Shown: positions 46,324-55,212 of the stretch, in pieces
Numbering within the stretch: position 1 is the first letter of the stretch
Layout: each line of letters begins with the position of its first letter
Source of the DNA: a bacterium
GTDB lineage: Bacteria; Auribacterota; UBA6266
Length of the DNA: 58,040 nt
Direction of reading: 5' to 3'
NCBI GenBank assembly: GCA_028717725.1
Contig: JAQUNG010000001.1
Location: 1-58,040, forward strand
Notes under the pieces: model-generated
Databases searched by the model: none
What the model saw: only the letters and a program-made list of their open reading frames with translations
What the model was told of the DNA's origin: nothing
Made by a program: the position numbers and the translations under genes

Positions 46324-46561
46324 TCGGTCTTTTGCGTTTTGCCGGCGGGGACATTACGATAAACTGATTTCTAAAGTTGCGATACGACGCATCGGTGTTT
46401 CTCGGAATCCGGCAATGGGTCGGGAGTTAAGCTGTATCTGTAGATATATCAATAAGATGCGGAAATGCGCCGCTGAGGGGTGAGGTATGTCCCTTTTTAC
46501 TTTCCTCCCGAAGCCCTGCGTCCGGTCTATCCTTATATACTTCCTTTTAAACTTATCGCTG

Positions 46562-46570
46562 TGATATAAT
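46562..46570 (+). promoter_or_regulatory. Extended -10 promoter element TGaTATAAT
   Basis: Exact TGnTATAAT match about 62 nt upstream of the GTG start of the B12-radical SAM gene. There is no good -35, which extended -10 promoters do not require. Confidence 0.3.
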
Positions 46571-46631
46571 ACCGGAGATCGGTCCTGGATTTATATACTG
46601 TTAACGGAATTAAAAACATTACGATATAAAA

Positions 46632-48026
46632 GTGAAAATACTCTTTTTAAGGCCTGTTACGCCCGGGGCAATTGTCCTGAATCTGATTCCTCCGATAGGA
46701 ATCGGATATCTAGCGGCGGTTTCGAGAAATGCCGGGTATGAGGTCGCCCTTCTGGATTGCATCCTTAAAAATCTTGATTACGCCGGCTTTGAAAAGGAAC
46801 TGAAGAATATAATGCCCGATGTTGTAGCTATGACAGCTTTTTCTCATGATATTCCTTCTGCCCGGAAAACAACGGCTATAATAAAAAAGGTTAATCCGGA
46901 AATTAAAGTGATAATCGGAGGACCGCATTCTTCCGGGATGCCCGGGGACACACTTAATATTCTGGATAATGTCGATTTTGCGTTTAAGGGAGAGGCGGAA
47001 AGAAGCATTGTAAAACTTTTGAAATTCATTGAAAAAAAAGAGGGCAGTCTCGAAAATATAAAAGGTCTGATATGGAGGAACGGGGATAAAATAAACATTA
47101 ATGAACAGGATTTTCCCGAAAACCTTGATGAAATACCATATCCGGCATGGGATCTTATGGAACCCGGGGATTATCCCGATGCTCCGCAGGGCGTTATTTT
47201 CAGGAAAACACCAGTTGCTCCCCTTGTCATTACGAGAGGATGTCCTTTCAGATGTACTTTTTGCGCGGGTTGGACCGTTACAGGAAAAAAGATAAGGACA
47301 AGAAGTCTTGGCAATGTTCAGGGAGAAATAGAACTGCTCTATAAGAAATACGGGGTCAGGGAAATACATGTTCTTGACGATAATTTCTCGATGAACATTG
47401 AGTTTGTGAGGGGTTTCTGCGATTGGCTTATCGGGACGGGGTGGAACATATCATGGTGCTGTCCGAACGGCTTAAGATGCGACACGCTGGACGAAGATAC
47501 CGTAAAACTTATGAAAAAGTCCGGCTGCTATTATATATCCATAGGGATTGAATCAGGTTCGGACAGAATACTGAAAAATATGAAAAAAGGACTTTTGGTA
47601 GAGAAGATCAAGGAACAGGTAAAAATGATTACAGGTGCCGGGATGGATGTTAACGGATTCTTTATACTCGGATATCCGGGAGAAACCGAAGAAGATATAC
47701 GTAAAACGATTGATTTTTCCAAAGAACTAAAACTGACAAGAGCCGCGTTTTACAGCTATATGCCCCTGCCGGGAACGGAATCTTACGAAACGCTGCTTAA
47801 ATTAAAAGAGATACAGGCCATAGATTTCGGTAAGATGACCGAGATGACGGTGGCATATACGCCACGCGGAATGAGCAGGGAGAGGCTTAAAGAACTGCAG
47901 AGAAAAGCGCACCTTGAATTTTATTTGAGGCCTGAGATAATGTTTAAACTGCTGAAAGAGATTAAATCGGTGAATCAGTTGAAATATATTGCCAAAAGAG
48001 CGAAAGCGTATTTATTTGACGGATGA
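46632..48026 (+). CDS. B12-binding-domain radical SAM enzyme (class B), paralogue of 16774-18282
   Basis: Cobalamin-binding-like N-terminus (IGIGYLAAV...LLD) and cluster motif TRGCPFRCTFCA. Shares the (I/L)P(Y/L)PAWDL(M/L) motif with the other copy. GTG start. Confidence 0.8.
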   Translation: MKILFLRPVTPGAIVLNLIPPIGIGYLAAVSRNAGYEVALLDCILKNLDYAGFEKELKNIMPDVVAMTAFSHDIPSARKTTAIIKKVNPEIKVIIGGPHSSGMPGDTLNILDNVDFAFKGEAERSIVKLLKFIEKKEGSLENIKGLIWRNGDKININEQDFPENLDEIPYPAWDLMEPGDYPDAPQGVIFRKTPVAPLVITRGCPFRCTFCAGWTVTGKKIRTRSLGNVQGEIELLYKKYGVREIHVLDDNFSMNIEFVRGFCDWLIGTGWNISWCCPNGLRCDTLDEDTVKLMKKSGCYYISIGIESGSDRILKNMKKGLLVEKIKEQVKMITGAGMDVNGFFILGYPGETEEDIRKTIDFSKELKLTRAAFYSYMPLPGTESYETLLKLKEIQAIDFGKMTEMTVAYTPRGMSRERLKELQRKAHLEFYLRPEIMFKLLKEIKSVNQLKYIAKRAKAYLFDG

Positions 48027-50500
48027 AAAAAATAATTTCAGGCAGAAAATATTTTATAATAATCCTGTTCCTGTCGGTTTTGCTTTATCTCGGTGATCAG
48101 GTTTTTTTAAAATCCAGTTTTCTCAGCGGTGATTATAGGTCCCAGCATGTGCCGTGGGCGATAGCGCTGGATCGGGCCGTAAAAGACCTGTCACTGCCGC
48201 TTTGGGATATATATACCCACTCCGGGTTCCCCTTGCTGGCTGAAGGTCAGGTCGCGGCGCTGTATCCGGCGAACCTGTTTTTCTACATGCTTTTTCCCGT
48301 TGATATTGCGTATGCATGGTCCAATGTATTCCATTACCTGCTCGCGTTTCTGTTTATGTACTTATTCCTTTCGAATGCTGGGCTTGACGATTTTGCTGCT
48401 TCGGCGGGCGCGCTGTTTTTCTCTTTCGGGAGCGCCAGCGGCGGCGGGTATTATAACACGATATCACTGAAAGTCCTTTGTTGGTTTCCTCTCACGCTTT
48501 ATCTCACAGACAAATATTTTTCAGCAAAAAAAATGTATTTTTTGCTGATAATAGGCGTTGTCTTTGCGCAGCAGGTGCTGGCAGGGTATTTTCAATATGC
48601 TTTTTATTCGATAGTTGTTACAGTGCTCTACTACTATTATGTGTCTTTTGTCGAGGGCAGGAGTAGGTTGGTAAAAAGCATATGCAAAGATACGGCCCGG
48701 CTTTTTCTCTCGGCCGCAACCGCGCTTATAATAGCAGCTCCTCAAATTTACGAGTCTTTGAAATTAATCAATCTGTGTTCCAGGGGGGACAGGGACATTT
48801 ATTTTGCCTTATGGGGTTCCTTCAACCCATGCGGCGCAGCGACATTGTTTTTCCCCCATTTGGGCTGGATAACTTTCGGCGCGGTTTTTATCGGTGTCGT
48901 GCCGCTGTCGATGACATTTTTTATAAAAAGGAATGTGGTCAACAGGCAGTTGAAATTTATGTTGTTTCTTTTCTGTTGTTCGCTGGTTTTTGCCCTGGGC
49001 AGATACAGCCCTGCCTATAGGTTTATATTAAATACGGTAAAATTTTACGGGTTCAGGGTTCCCGCGAAATTCCTGTTCTTCAGCGGTGTTTCTCTGAGCG
49101 TTATAGCCGCATACGGGATTCATTCCCTGCTTAAAAACAGGGATGACAGGGATTTTTTGAAAAAAAGATTTTTCATATGGGTCGTTGCGGCGATTCTTGT
49201 TGTTTGCCTGCTTGGCACTGCGAATATTGCCCTTGAACATAAAGAATTCTGGCTGGAAAAGGGACGTGAATATGTGATAAACAATGTTTACGGCAAGATG
49301 CATCACAAACATTCGCTGGACGAATATATGGCGAGATTGGAGCCCATATATGATTCGATAAAATCCGCTGTCTATTTGCGCAACCCGTTTATTTTAACGG
49401 GAGTGTTTTCAGTCATAATTTCTCTTGCGCTTTTATATCTCTATTCGAGATTTTCCGTTAAGAACGGTATTTTTATCGCCGCTTTTCTGTTTGTTTCAAT
49501 GTGCGAGCTCCTGGTTTTTAACAACAGGTGTAAAATAAAGACAAATATGGAATCGCTCGGCACATTCAAAGCCGAATCACAGATAGCGGATTTTATAGGC
49601 CGGGATAAAGGACTATTCCGCATTTATGAATTTGTTGAATCAGGTATCGGTAACACGGAAGAAATATTCGAGGTTCTGCCCAACAGGTCTATAATCTACC
49701 GTTTATATGATATCGGGTGTTATACGCCTCTGGTTATGAAAGATTATTACGATTTTATAGGACGTCTCGGCTCTGTGGATGATTCAACGGGAGCGGCTAT
49801 TCCCGATAAAAAAGCACTTCGCGATGATCTGAATCTGCTGAGAATGCTTAACGTTAAGTATGTGTTGTCTGTGGATGAGATCCCGTTTCTCGACCATGTC
49901 GCGGATTTTGACGGATGCGGGATATATAAGTTAAAAGGTTCTCACGGCAGATTTTCCGTAACGGATAAAATAGTGTTTTCCGAAGGGGATAGGATCCGGG
50001 AAAATATCATCCGATTGGCCGGCACAGCCGAAAAACCCTTCGTTTATGTTGAGAATGGAAACGAATGTGACATTGATTTAAAAAATCTGAAGTCATATAA
50101 AAGCAAAATCGAAGTCAAGAAATACGCCGCCGGCAGTGTTGTTTTGAACGTGTTCAACGAGCCGGGTTCCGCAGTGCTCGCGACTTCAGAGCTCTATTAT
50201 CCGGGCTGGAAGCTTTTTGTTAACGGTAAAAGAGGCGAATTTCTGAAAATCAATTCGGTTTTCAGAGGGGTTTTACTGCCTAAAGGACAGACAAAAATAG
50301 AAATGTTTTATCGTCCTTACATTTTTTATATTTTGGGGATAATCAGTTTTCTGGGATATTTATTCTGTATTGGTTTTTGCGTTTCTTGCGAGAGGGGAAT
50401 AAAGCAGTCATTAATATGGGTTTCCTGTGTGTTCGCGGTTTGCGTCTTTATTGTATTTTTCTGTGTATTCATATATTCCCAGGCGGCGGGCAAACTATGA
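48023..50500 (+). CDS. YfhO-like large GT-C membrane glycosyltransferase
   Basis: 825 aa with many TM segments. C-terminal YYPGWKLFVNGK motif typical of YfhO-family proteins, plus a terminal TM. ATGA overlap upstream. Confidence 0.6.
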   Translation: MKKIISGRKYFIIILFLSVLLYLGDQVFLKSSFLSGDYRSQHVPWAIALDRAVKDLSLPLWDIYTHSGFPLLAEGQVAALYPANLFFYMLFPVDIAYAWSNVFHYLLAFLFMYLFLSNAGLDDFAASAGALFFSFGSASGGGYYNTISLKVLCWFPLTLYLTDKYFSAKKMYFLLIIGVVFAQQVLAGYFQYAFYSIVVTVLYYYYVSFVEGRSRLVKSICKDTARLFLSAATALIIAAPQIYESLKLINLCSRGDRDIYFALWGSFNPCGAATLFFPHLGWITFGAVFIGVVPLSMTFFIKRNVVNRQLKFMLFLFCCSLVFALGRYSPAYRFILNTVKFYGFRVPAKFLFFSGVSLSVIAAYGIHSLLKNRDDRDFLKKRFFIWVVAAILVVCLLGTANIALEHKEFWLEKGREYVINNVYGKMHHKHSLDEYMARLEPIYDSIKSAVYLRNPFILTGVFSVIISLALLYLYSRFSVKNGIFIAAFLFVSMCELLVFNNRCKIKTNMESLGTFKAESQIADFIGRDKGLFRIYEFVESGIGNTEEIFEVLPNRSIIYRLYDIGCYTPLVMKDYYDFIGRLGSVDDSTGAAIPDKKALRDDLNLLRMLNVKYVLSVDEIPFLDHVADFDGCGIYKLKGSHGRFSVTDKIVFSEGDRIRENIIRLAGTAEKPFVYVENGNECDIDLKNLKSYKSKIEVKKYAAGSVVLNVFNEPGSAVLATSELYYPGWKLFVNGKRGEFLKINSVFRGVLLPKGQTKIEMFYRPYIFYILGIISFLGYLFCIGFCVSCERGIKQSLIWVSCVFAVCVFIVFFCVFIYSQAAGKL

Positions 50501-52347
50501 CGGCATTTTTCAATATCTTTTTTATGTTATTTGTTCTGTGGATTTGCGCCTGCGCCGGAAAGACAGTTCTGGACGCCGTGAAACAGGCATCCCTCAACCG
50601 TTTGAGGGATTTTGTCCTTTCGTCCGGGATAGGTTTCAGTGTGTTGATAATCTTTATCTCGGTCTTTGCGGCCGCGGGTTTTTTGCGACGCTGGACGGGT
50701 TTTGCTGTTTTAACCGTTATTGTCTTTATGGGTTTTAAGAATCTTATTTTATCGCTGAGGGGATTCCCGAAATCCGTGAAAACACTGTTTTCATTAAGAT
50801 TGAGCATTGTGCAATGGGTTTTGGTTCTGGTTCTGGCGGCTGGAGTTTTGTCGGTATCGGTCTGCGCTTCGGCGCCTCCGACGGGAATGGATTCTCTTGT
50901 ATATCACTTGAATCTTCCGAAGGAATTTATTGAATATCAGGGAATATATGCCGTTCCTTACGATGTTAACGCGTTATGGCCGCTGAACATTGAAATGCTT
51001 TTTTTATTAGGACTTCTTTTTAAAAATGCCGTTATAGCAAAAATGGTCAATTTCTTAACGGGTGTTTTATGTATATTTTCTGTTTATCTGATTTCGAGGA
51101 ATTTTGCTTCAAAGACAGCATCTTTAACCGCCGCGGCGCTTTTTTATCTGATGCCGGCGGTAGTTTCCCAGTCGGGATACGCGTATGTCGATGTTGCGAT
51201 AACATTTTTCTGTTCTCTTATGGTGATTTTGTTGCTTGATTATGCGAAAAACGGCGAAAGAACGGTTGTAATACTATCAGGATTGTTCGCGGGAATACTC
51301 ATAGGATCGAAGTTTACGAATGCGCTGATAGTGGGCGTTATTTTTATTGCTTTTACGGTCTGCGATCTGACAGAGAGAGGGGGGACAAAGCGTCTTTTGT
51401 TCAACGCGGTTTTATTTTGTTCCGTTGCTGTTCTTGTGTCGTGTCATTGGTATATAAGAGCGTATCTCATTAGGGGGAATCCCGTTTTCCCGTTTTTACA
51501 GGGGTTTTTCGGAAATGATGTTGTGCGCGAATTTAAAACATCGGCGGCCAATACAGGACTACTTGATTTTGTGTTTACCCCGTTTAAAGCTGTGTTTAAA
51601 CCGGAGCTTTATGGGGGAATAGCCAACCAGATAGGACCTATTCCTCTTGGATTTTTGCCGATAGCGGTTATTTCGGCGCGGCGCAGTAAATACGCAAGGC
51701 TGCTGCTGTCTTGTTTTCTGGCGTATTTCTGTTTGTGGTTTGTAGTTAAGCAGAACCTGCGATTTCTGCTTCCCTGCATGGTTATGTTTTATCCTGTTGT
51801 CGGTTTGAGTTTTGATGATTTATACGGTTCAGGCAGGTCGGTTTTTATTATATTTTCGTTTATTGCGGCGCTTGTTATTTTACTCTTTTTGGGCGCGGCT
51901 TTTTATTACGCGGTTCCCGCCGCACCTTTGTTTTTCGGAAATGAGTATCCCGAGAATTATCTTCTTGAAAAAGAACCGACCTATGGATTGGGCCTGAGCG
52001 TGGAAAAAACAGTGCCGAGAGACGGGACAGTGCTGATGGTGGGTGAAATAAAAAGATTTTATATAAAAAGGAAAACGGTCAGGGCGGATGGTTTTTACCA
52101 TATGTCCGATTATTTTGACAGAGTGAAGTCAAAGGAAGATGCGTTTGCGTTCCTGAAAGATGCCGGCATAGAATATGTCGTTTCTTCGAACATCAAAATT
52201 CCGGAAAGGAAAAGCGCTTTTTCCTTTAACCTTTCCAGCCTTATGCAGGATAATGATTTTACATCCGTTTATTTTACCCGTGTGGGCGGATATGAATTCA
52301 GGCGAGGGGACAACGTGATAATATATAATATTTATAAAATGCGCTGA
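50497..52347 (+). CDS. GT-C fold membrane glycosyltransferase (ArnT/PMT_2-like)
   Basis: DSLVYHLNLP first-loop motif, at least 11 TM segments and a soluble C-terminal domain. ATG 50497 overlaps the upstream TGA; the ORF-track start 50377 lies inside the upstream gene. Confidence 0.65.
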   Translation: MTAFFNIFFMLFVLWICACAGKTVLDAVKQASLNRLRDFVLSSGIGFSVLIIFISVFAAAGFLRRWTGFAVLTVIVFMGFKNLILSLRGFPKSVKTLFSLRLSIVQWVLVLVLAAGVLSVSVCASAPPTGMDSLVYHLNLPKEFIEYQGIYAVPYDVNALWPLNIEMLFLLGLLFKNAVIAKMVNFLTGVLCIFSVYLISRNFASKTASLTAAALFYLMPAVVSQSGYAYVDVAITFFCSLMVILLLDYAKNGERTVVILSGLFAGILIGSKFTNALIVGVIFIAFTVCDLTERGGTKRLLFNAVLFCSVAVLVSCHWYIRAYLIRGNPVFPFLQGFFGNDVVREFKTSAANTGLLDFVFTPFKAVFKPELYGGIANQIGPIPLGFLPIAVISARRSKYARLLLSCFLAYFCLWFVVKQNLRFLLPCMVMFYPVVGLSFDDLYGSGRSVFIIFSFIAALVILLFLGAAFYYAVPAAPLFFGNEYPENYLLEKEPTYGLGLSVEKTVPRDGTVLMVGEIKRFYIKRKTVRADGFYHMSDYFDRVKSKEDAFAFLKDAGIEYVVSSNIKIPERKSAFSFNLSSLMQDNDFTSVYFTRVGGYEFRRGDNVIIYNIYKMR

Positions 52348-52359
52348 CAGGAGGATGGT

Positions 52360-53157
52360 ATGTTGGAGCCGATTGATAAATTAAGGGGTATGTGCCAGAA
52401 AAAAGATTATAAGAAAACCGGAAATATGATGGCAAGATTAATAACCCGCGATATGGCTTTATATATCACCAGGCTGCTGATACCTACGGGAATTACGGCA
52501 AATCAGGTTGTATTTTTGACGATTATGATGGGAATTATATCCGCGGCGTGTTTTGCTTTCGGCGGAGGTTTTATGATGCTTGCCGGAGCCTTGTTTTTTC
52601 AGCTTTGGTATCTTTCCGACCATGTGGACGGGCAGATAGCAAGATACAGAAATGCATCGAGCCTTACTGGCGCATTTTATGATTTCTATGCGCATTATAT
52701 AGTCCATTCCCTTGTGCTCGGGGGACTGGCCCTTGGTCTTTATATGAGGTATGAAAATCTGGGAATTCTGATTTTGGGACTTGCCGCGTGTTTTTCCGTG
52801 AATATGGTTTCATTGATTAATGATTGTGTTTATAAGGCGTTTTATAACGGCTTGTCGCGGGAGGAAAAAGATTTGACTTTTAGAGCAGGTTCTCAAACAG
52901 CGGAAAAGAATAAAATAAGGGAAGGTTTACCTAAAAAAATATTTATGTTTATGCATAAACTTACGGAAATACACGTTATTATGAATGTAGTTACGATTGC
53001 CGTAATCGTCGATTTTTTCTTCGGCACGGATCTGATTCTCTTTGAAACGGCCGTTCTGGCGTTGGTAGCTACGGCGGTTTGGGTATTTAAATTGGCGCGC
53101 ATCGTAACGGCAAAAGAAGTAGACAGGAAATATTCGGAATTTTTCAGGGGGCGGTAG
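52360..53157 (+). CDS. CDP-alcohol phosphatidyltransferase-family membrane protein
   Basis: DHVDGQIARYRNASSLTGAFYDFYAH fits D-G-x2-A-R-x8-G-x3-D-x3-D, except the last Asp is His. Multiple TM segments. Confidence 0.7.
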   Translation: MLEPIDKLRGMCQKKDYKKTGNMMARLITRDMALYITRLLIPTGITANQVVFLTIMMGIISAACFAFGGGFMMLAGALFFQLWYLSDHVDGQIARYRNASSLTGAFYDFYAHYIVHSLVLGGLALGLYMRYENLGILILGLAACFSVNMVSLINDCVYKAFYNGLSREEKDLTFRAGSQTAEKNKIREGLPKKIFMFMHKLTEIHVIMNVVTIAVIVDFFFGTDLILFETAVLALVATAVWVFKLARIVTAKEVDRKYSEFFRGR

Positions 53158-53163
53158 AGAAAT

Positions 53164-54270
53164 ATGAAAAAAGTCGCGGTGCTTTTGGGAACAAGGCCTG
53201 AGGTTATTAAGCTTGCTCCCGTGATAAAAGAGTTAAAAACAAGGAAAAAATATTTCAAAGTGTATGTTGTGGCGACAGGGCAGCACAGGGAAATGGCCGA
53301 CAGTTTTCTCAGATGTTTTAATATAAAAGTCGACCTCAACCTGAATATTATGAGGGAGAATCAGACATTGACCGAAGTGACGTCGGGGATATTGGCAAAA
53401 TTCGAAAAAGAAGTCTGTGACAGATATCACCCGAATTTGATAATGGTTCAGGGTGATACGACAACGGCGTTTACCGCTGCCTTGGCGGCGTTTTACAGGA
53501 AAATAAGCGTAGCCCATATTGAAGCTGGGCTTAGGACATTCGACAAATACAGCCCCTTTCCCGAGGAAATGAACAGGAGGATGATTTCGTGTATTGCTGA
53601 TTTTAATTTTGCACCTACGAAAATCGCGGCGGGCAACCTGCTTCAGGAAGGGCATCCTAAAAAAAATGTATTTCTAACCGGGAATACAATTGTCGACGCT
53701 TTGAAAGCATACGGCAGTATATTGGTTGGAAAGGGAAAACCCGGCAAGCCGTCAAGATGCGCCAGGATGATACTTATCACAATGCATAGGAGAGAGAATT
53801 TCGGTGCGCCTTTGGAAAATGTCTGTAAGTCCGTTCTGGAAATATTGGATAAGTATAGAGATGTTTTTTTCAGGATGCCGGTTCATCCGAATCCGAATAT
53901 CAAGAAAGTTGTAGATAAATATTTTTTGGGAAACGACAGGATAGTTGTTTCGGGTCCCGTGCCGTATGATGAAATACTCCGGCTGATTAACGACGCTTAT
54001 ATTATTATGACGGATTCGGGCGGGATACAGGAAGAAGCCCCGGCTTTCGGCAAGCCGGTGCTGGTGTTGAGGGAAAAAACCGAAAGACCCGAAGGTATTA
54101 TCGCCGGCGTGGCAAAATTAACGGGAACTAACGAAGCGAAAATCGTAAAAAATGTTTCCCTGCTGATGGATTCCGCGGCCGAATACGGGAAAATGGCTAA
54201 ATCTCGGAATCCTTACGGCGACGGGAAGGCCTCTTTGAGAATCGCGGATATACTGGAGAAAGTTCTTTGA
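53164..54270 (+). CDS. wecB: UDP-N-acetylglucosamine 2-epimerase (non-hydrolysing)
   Basis: LLGTRPEVIKLAPV start, QGDTTT, HIEAGLRT, TDSGGIQEEAP and NPYGDGKAS motifs. Confidence 0.9.
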   Translation: MKKVAVLLGTRPEVIKLAPVIKELKTRKKYFKVYVVATGQHREMADSFLRCFNIKVDLNLNIMRENQTLTEVTSGILAKFEKEVCDRYHPNLIMVQGDTTTAFTAALAAFYRKISVAHIEAGLRTFDKYSPFPEEMNRRMISCIADFNFAPTKIAAGNLLQEGHPKKNVFLTGNTIVDALKAYGSILVGKGKPGKPSRCARMILITMHRRENFGAPLENVCKSVLEILDKYRDVFFRMPVHPNPNIKKVVDKYFLGNDRIVVSGPVPYDEILRLINDAYIIMTDSGGIQEEAPAFGKPVLVLREKTERPEGIIAGVAKLTGTNEAKIVKNVSLLMDSAAEYGKMAKSRNPYGDGKASLRIADILEKVL

Positions 54271-55199
54271 AAAATACCAGAATTATTATATTGAATTATA
54301 ACGGCCTGAACATAATGAAGGAGTGTATGCCTTCGGTCGTAGAAGCCGCGCGGAACGCAAAGCCGGAATGCAAAGTGTCTATCATAGACAACAGCAGCAC
54401 GGATGACAGCGTCAGATGGCTTAAAAATGCTTTTCCCTCCGTGGATGTGTTCGAATCCGAAAATAAAGTTCTCTGTTCATATAATGATTTTGTCAGGACC
54501 GTCAGGGAAGACATAGTAATACTGTTGAATAACGATGTGAAACTTGACCGGAACTGCGTGGATCCTCTTATCGGCGTGTTTGAAAAAAATCCCGATGCAT
54601 TTTTCGCTGCATCCAGGGTTTTTGATTTTTCGGGAAAAAAATATGAGGGAAATCTGACCCGGTTTTTTTTCAGAGGGGGGTTATTCGGTTCAGAGGCTGT
54701 TTTTAAAGGGTTTGAAAGTTTATACGATAAACCCGGACTGAGCATGCAGCAGGGGTTCGGAGCTTTCGACAGGGAAAAATTCCTCGCTTTAGGGGGATAT
54801 GATGAAATATATCTTCCCGGAAGGCTTGAGGACGCGGATATCTGCTTCAGGGCATGGAAAAGGGGATGGAAAGGGTATTATGAACCATCCAGTGTTATGT
54901 ACCATAAAGGCGGGGAGACTTTTAACAGCAGATTCGGCGCTAATAAATCATTGGCGCTGAATTTCAGGAATACATATGTTTTTACGGTGAAAAATCTGGA
55001 ATTGAAGTATGTTTTTCTTTCTCTTGTCCTGGCTCTTCCTCGGTCGTTATATTTTTTATGCAGGCTCAGGCCGGAGAATCTTGCCGGATTTGTCCATTTT
55101 ATCCCGATGGCCGCGAAGGCTCTGAAAAAAAGGAAGCACCGTTTTAAATCGGGGTATAAAGACAGTGATTTGTTCAACATGATTCCGTGTGGCGGATAG
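54267..55199 (+). CDS. Glycosyltransferase family 2
   Basis: IIILNYNG, IDNSSTDDS and LLNNDV (DxD-type) motifs. TTGA overlap upstream. Confidence 0.75.
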   Translation: MKNTRIIILNYNGLNIMKECMPSVVEAARNAKPECKVSIIDNSSTDDSVRWLKNAFPSVDVFESENKVLCSYNDFVRTVREDIVILLNNDVKLDRNCVDPLIGVFEKNPDAFFAASRVFDFSGKKYEGNLTRFFFRGGLFGSEAVFKGFESLYDKPGLSMQQGFGAFDREKFLALGGYDEIYLPGRLEDADICFRAWKRGWKGYYEPSSVMYHKGGETFNSRFGANKSLALNFRNTYVFTVKNLELKYVFLSLVLALPRSLYFLCRLRPENLAGFVHFIPMAAKALKKRKHRFKSGYKDSDLFNMIPCGG

Positions 55200-55212
55200 G
55201 ATGGGGTGAAAT

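Noticed and set aside
46397-46407. 10-mer CTCGGAATCC shared between the 41921-42023 element (41973-41982) and the 46324-46631 spacer
   Set aside because: A couple of shared 10-mers are expected by chance among about 2 kb of spacers. The order of neighbouring words differs, so relatedness is unsupported.
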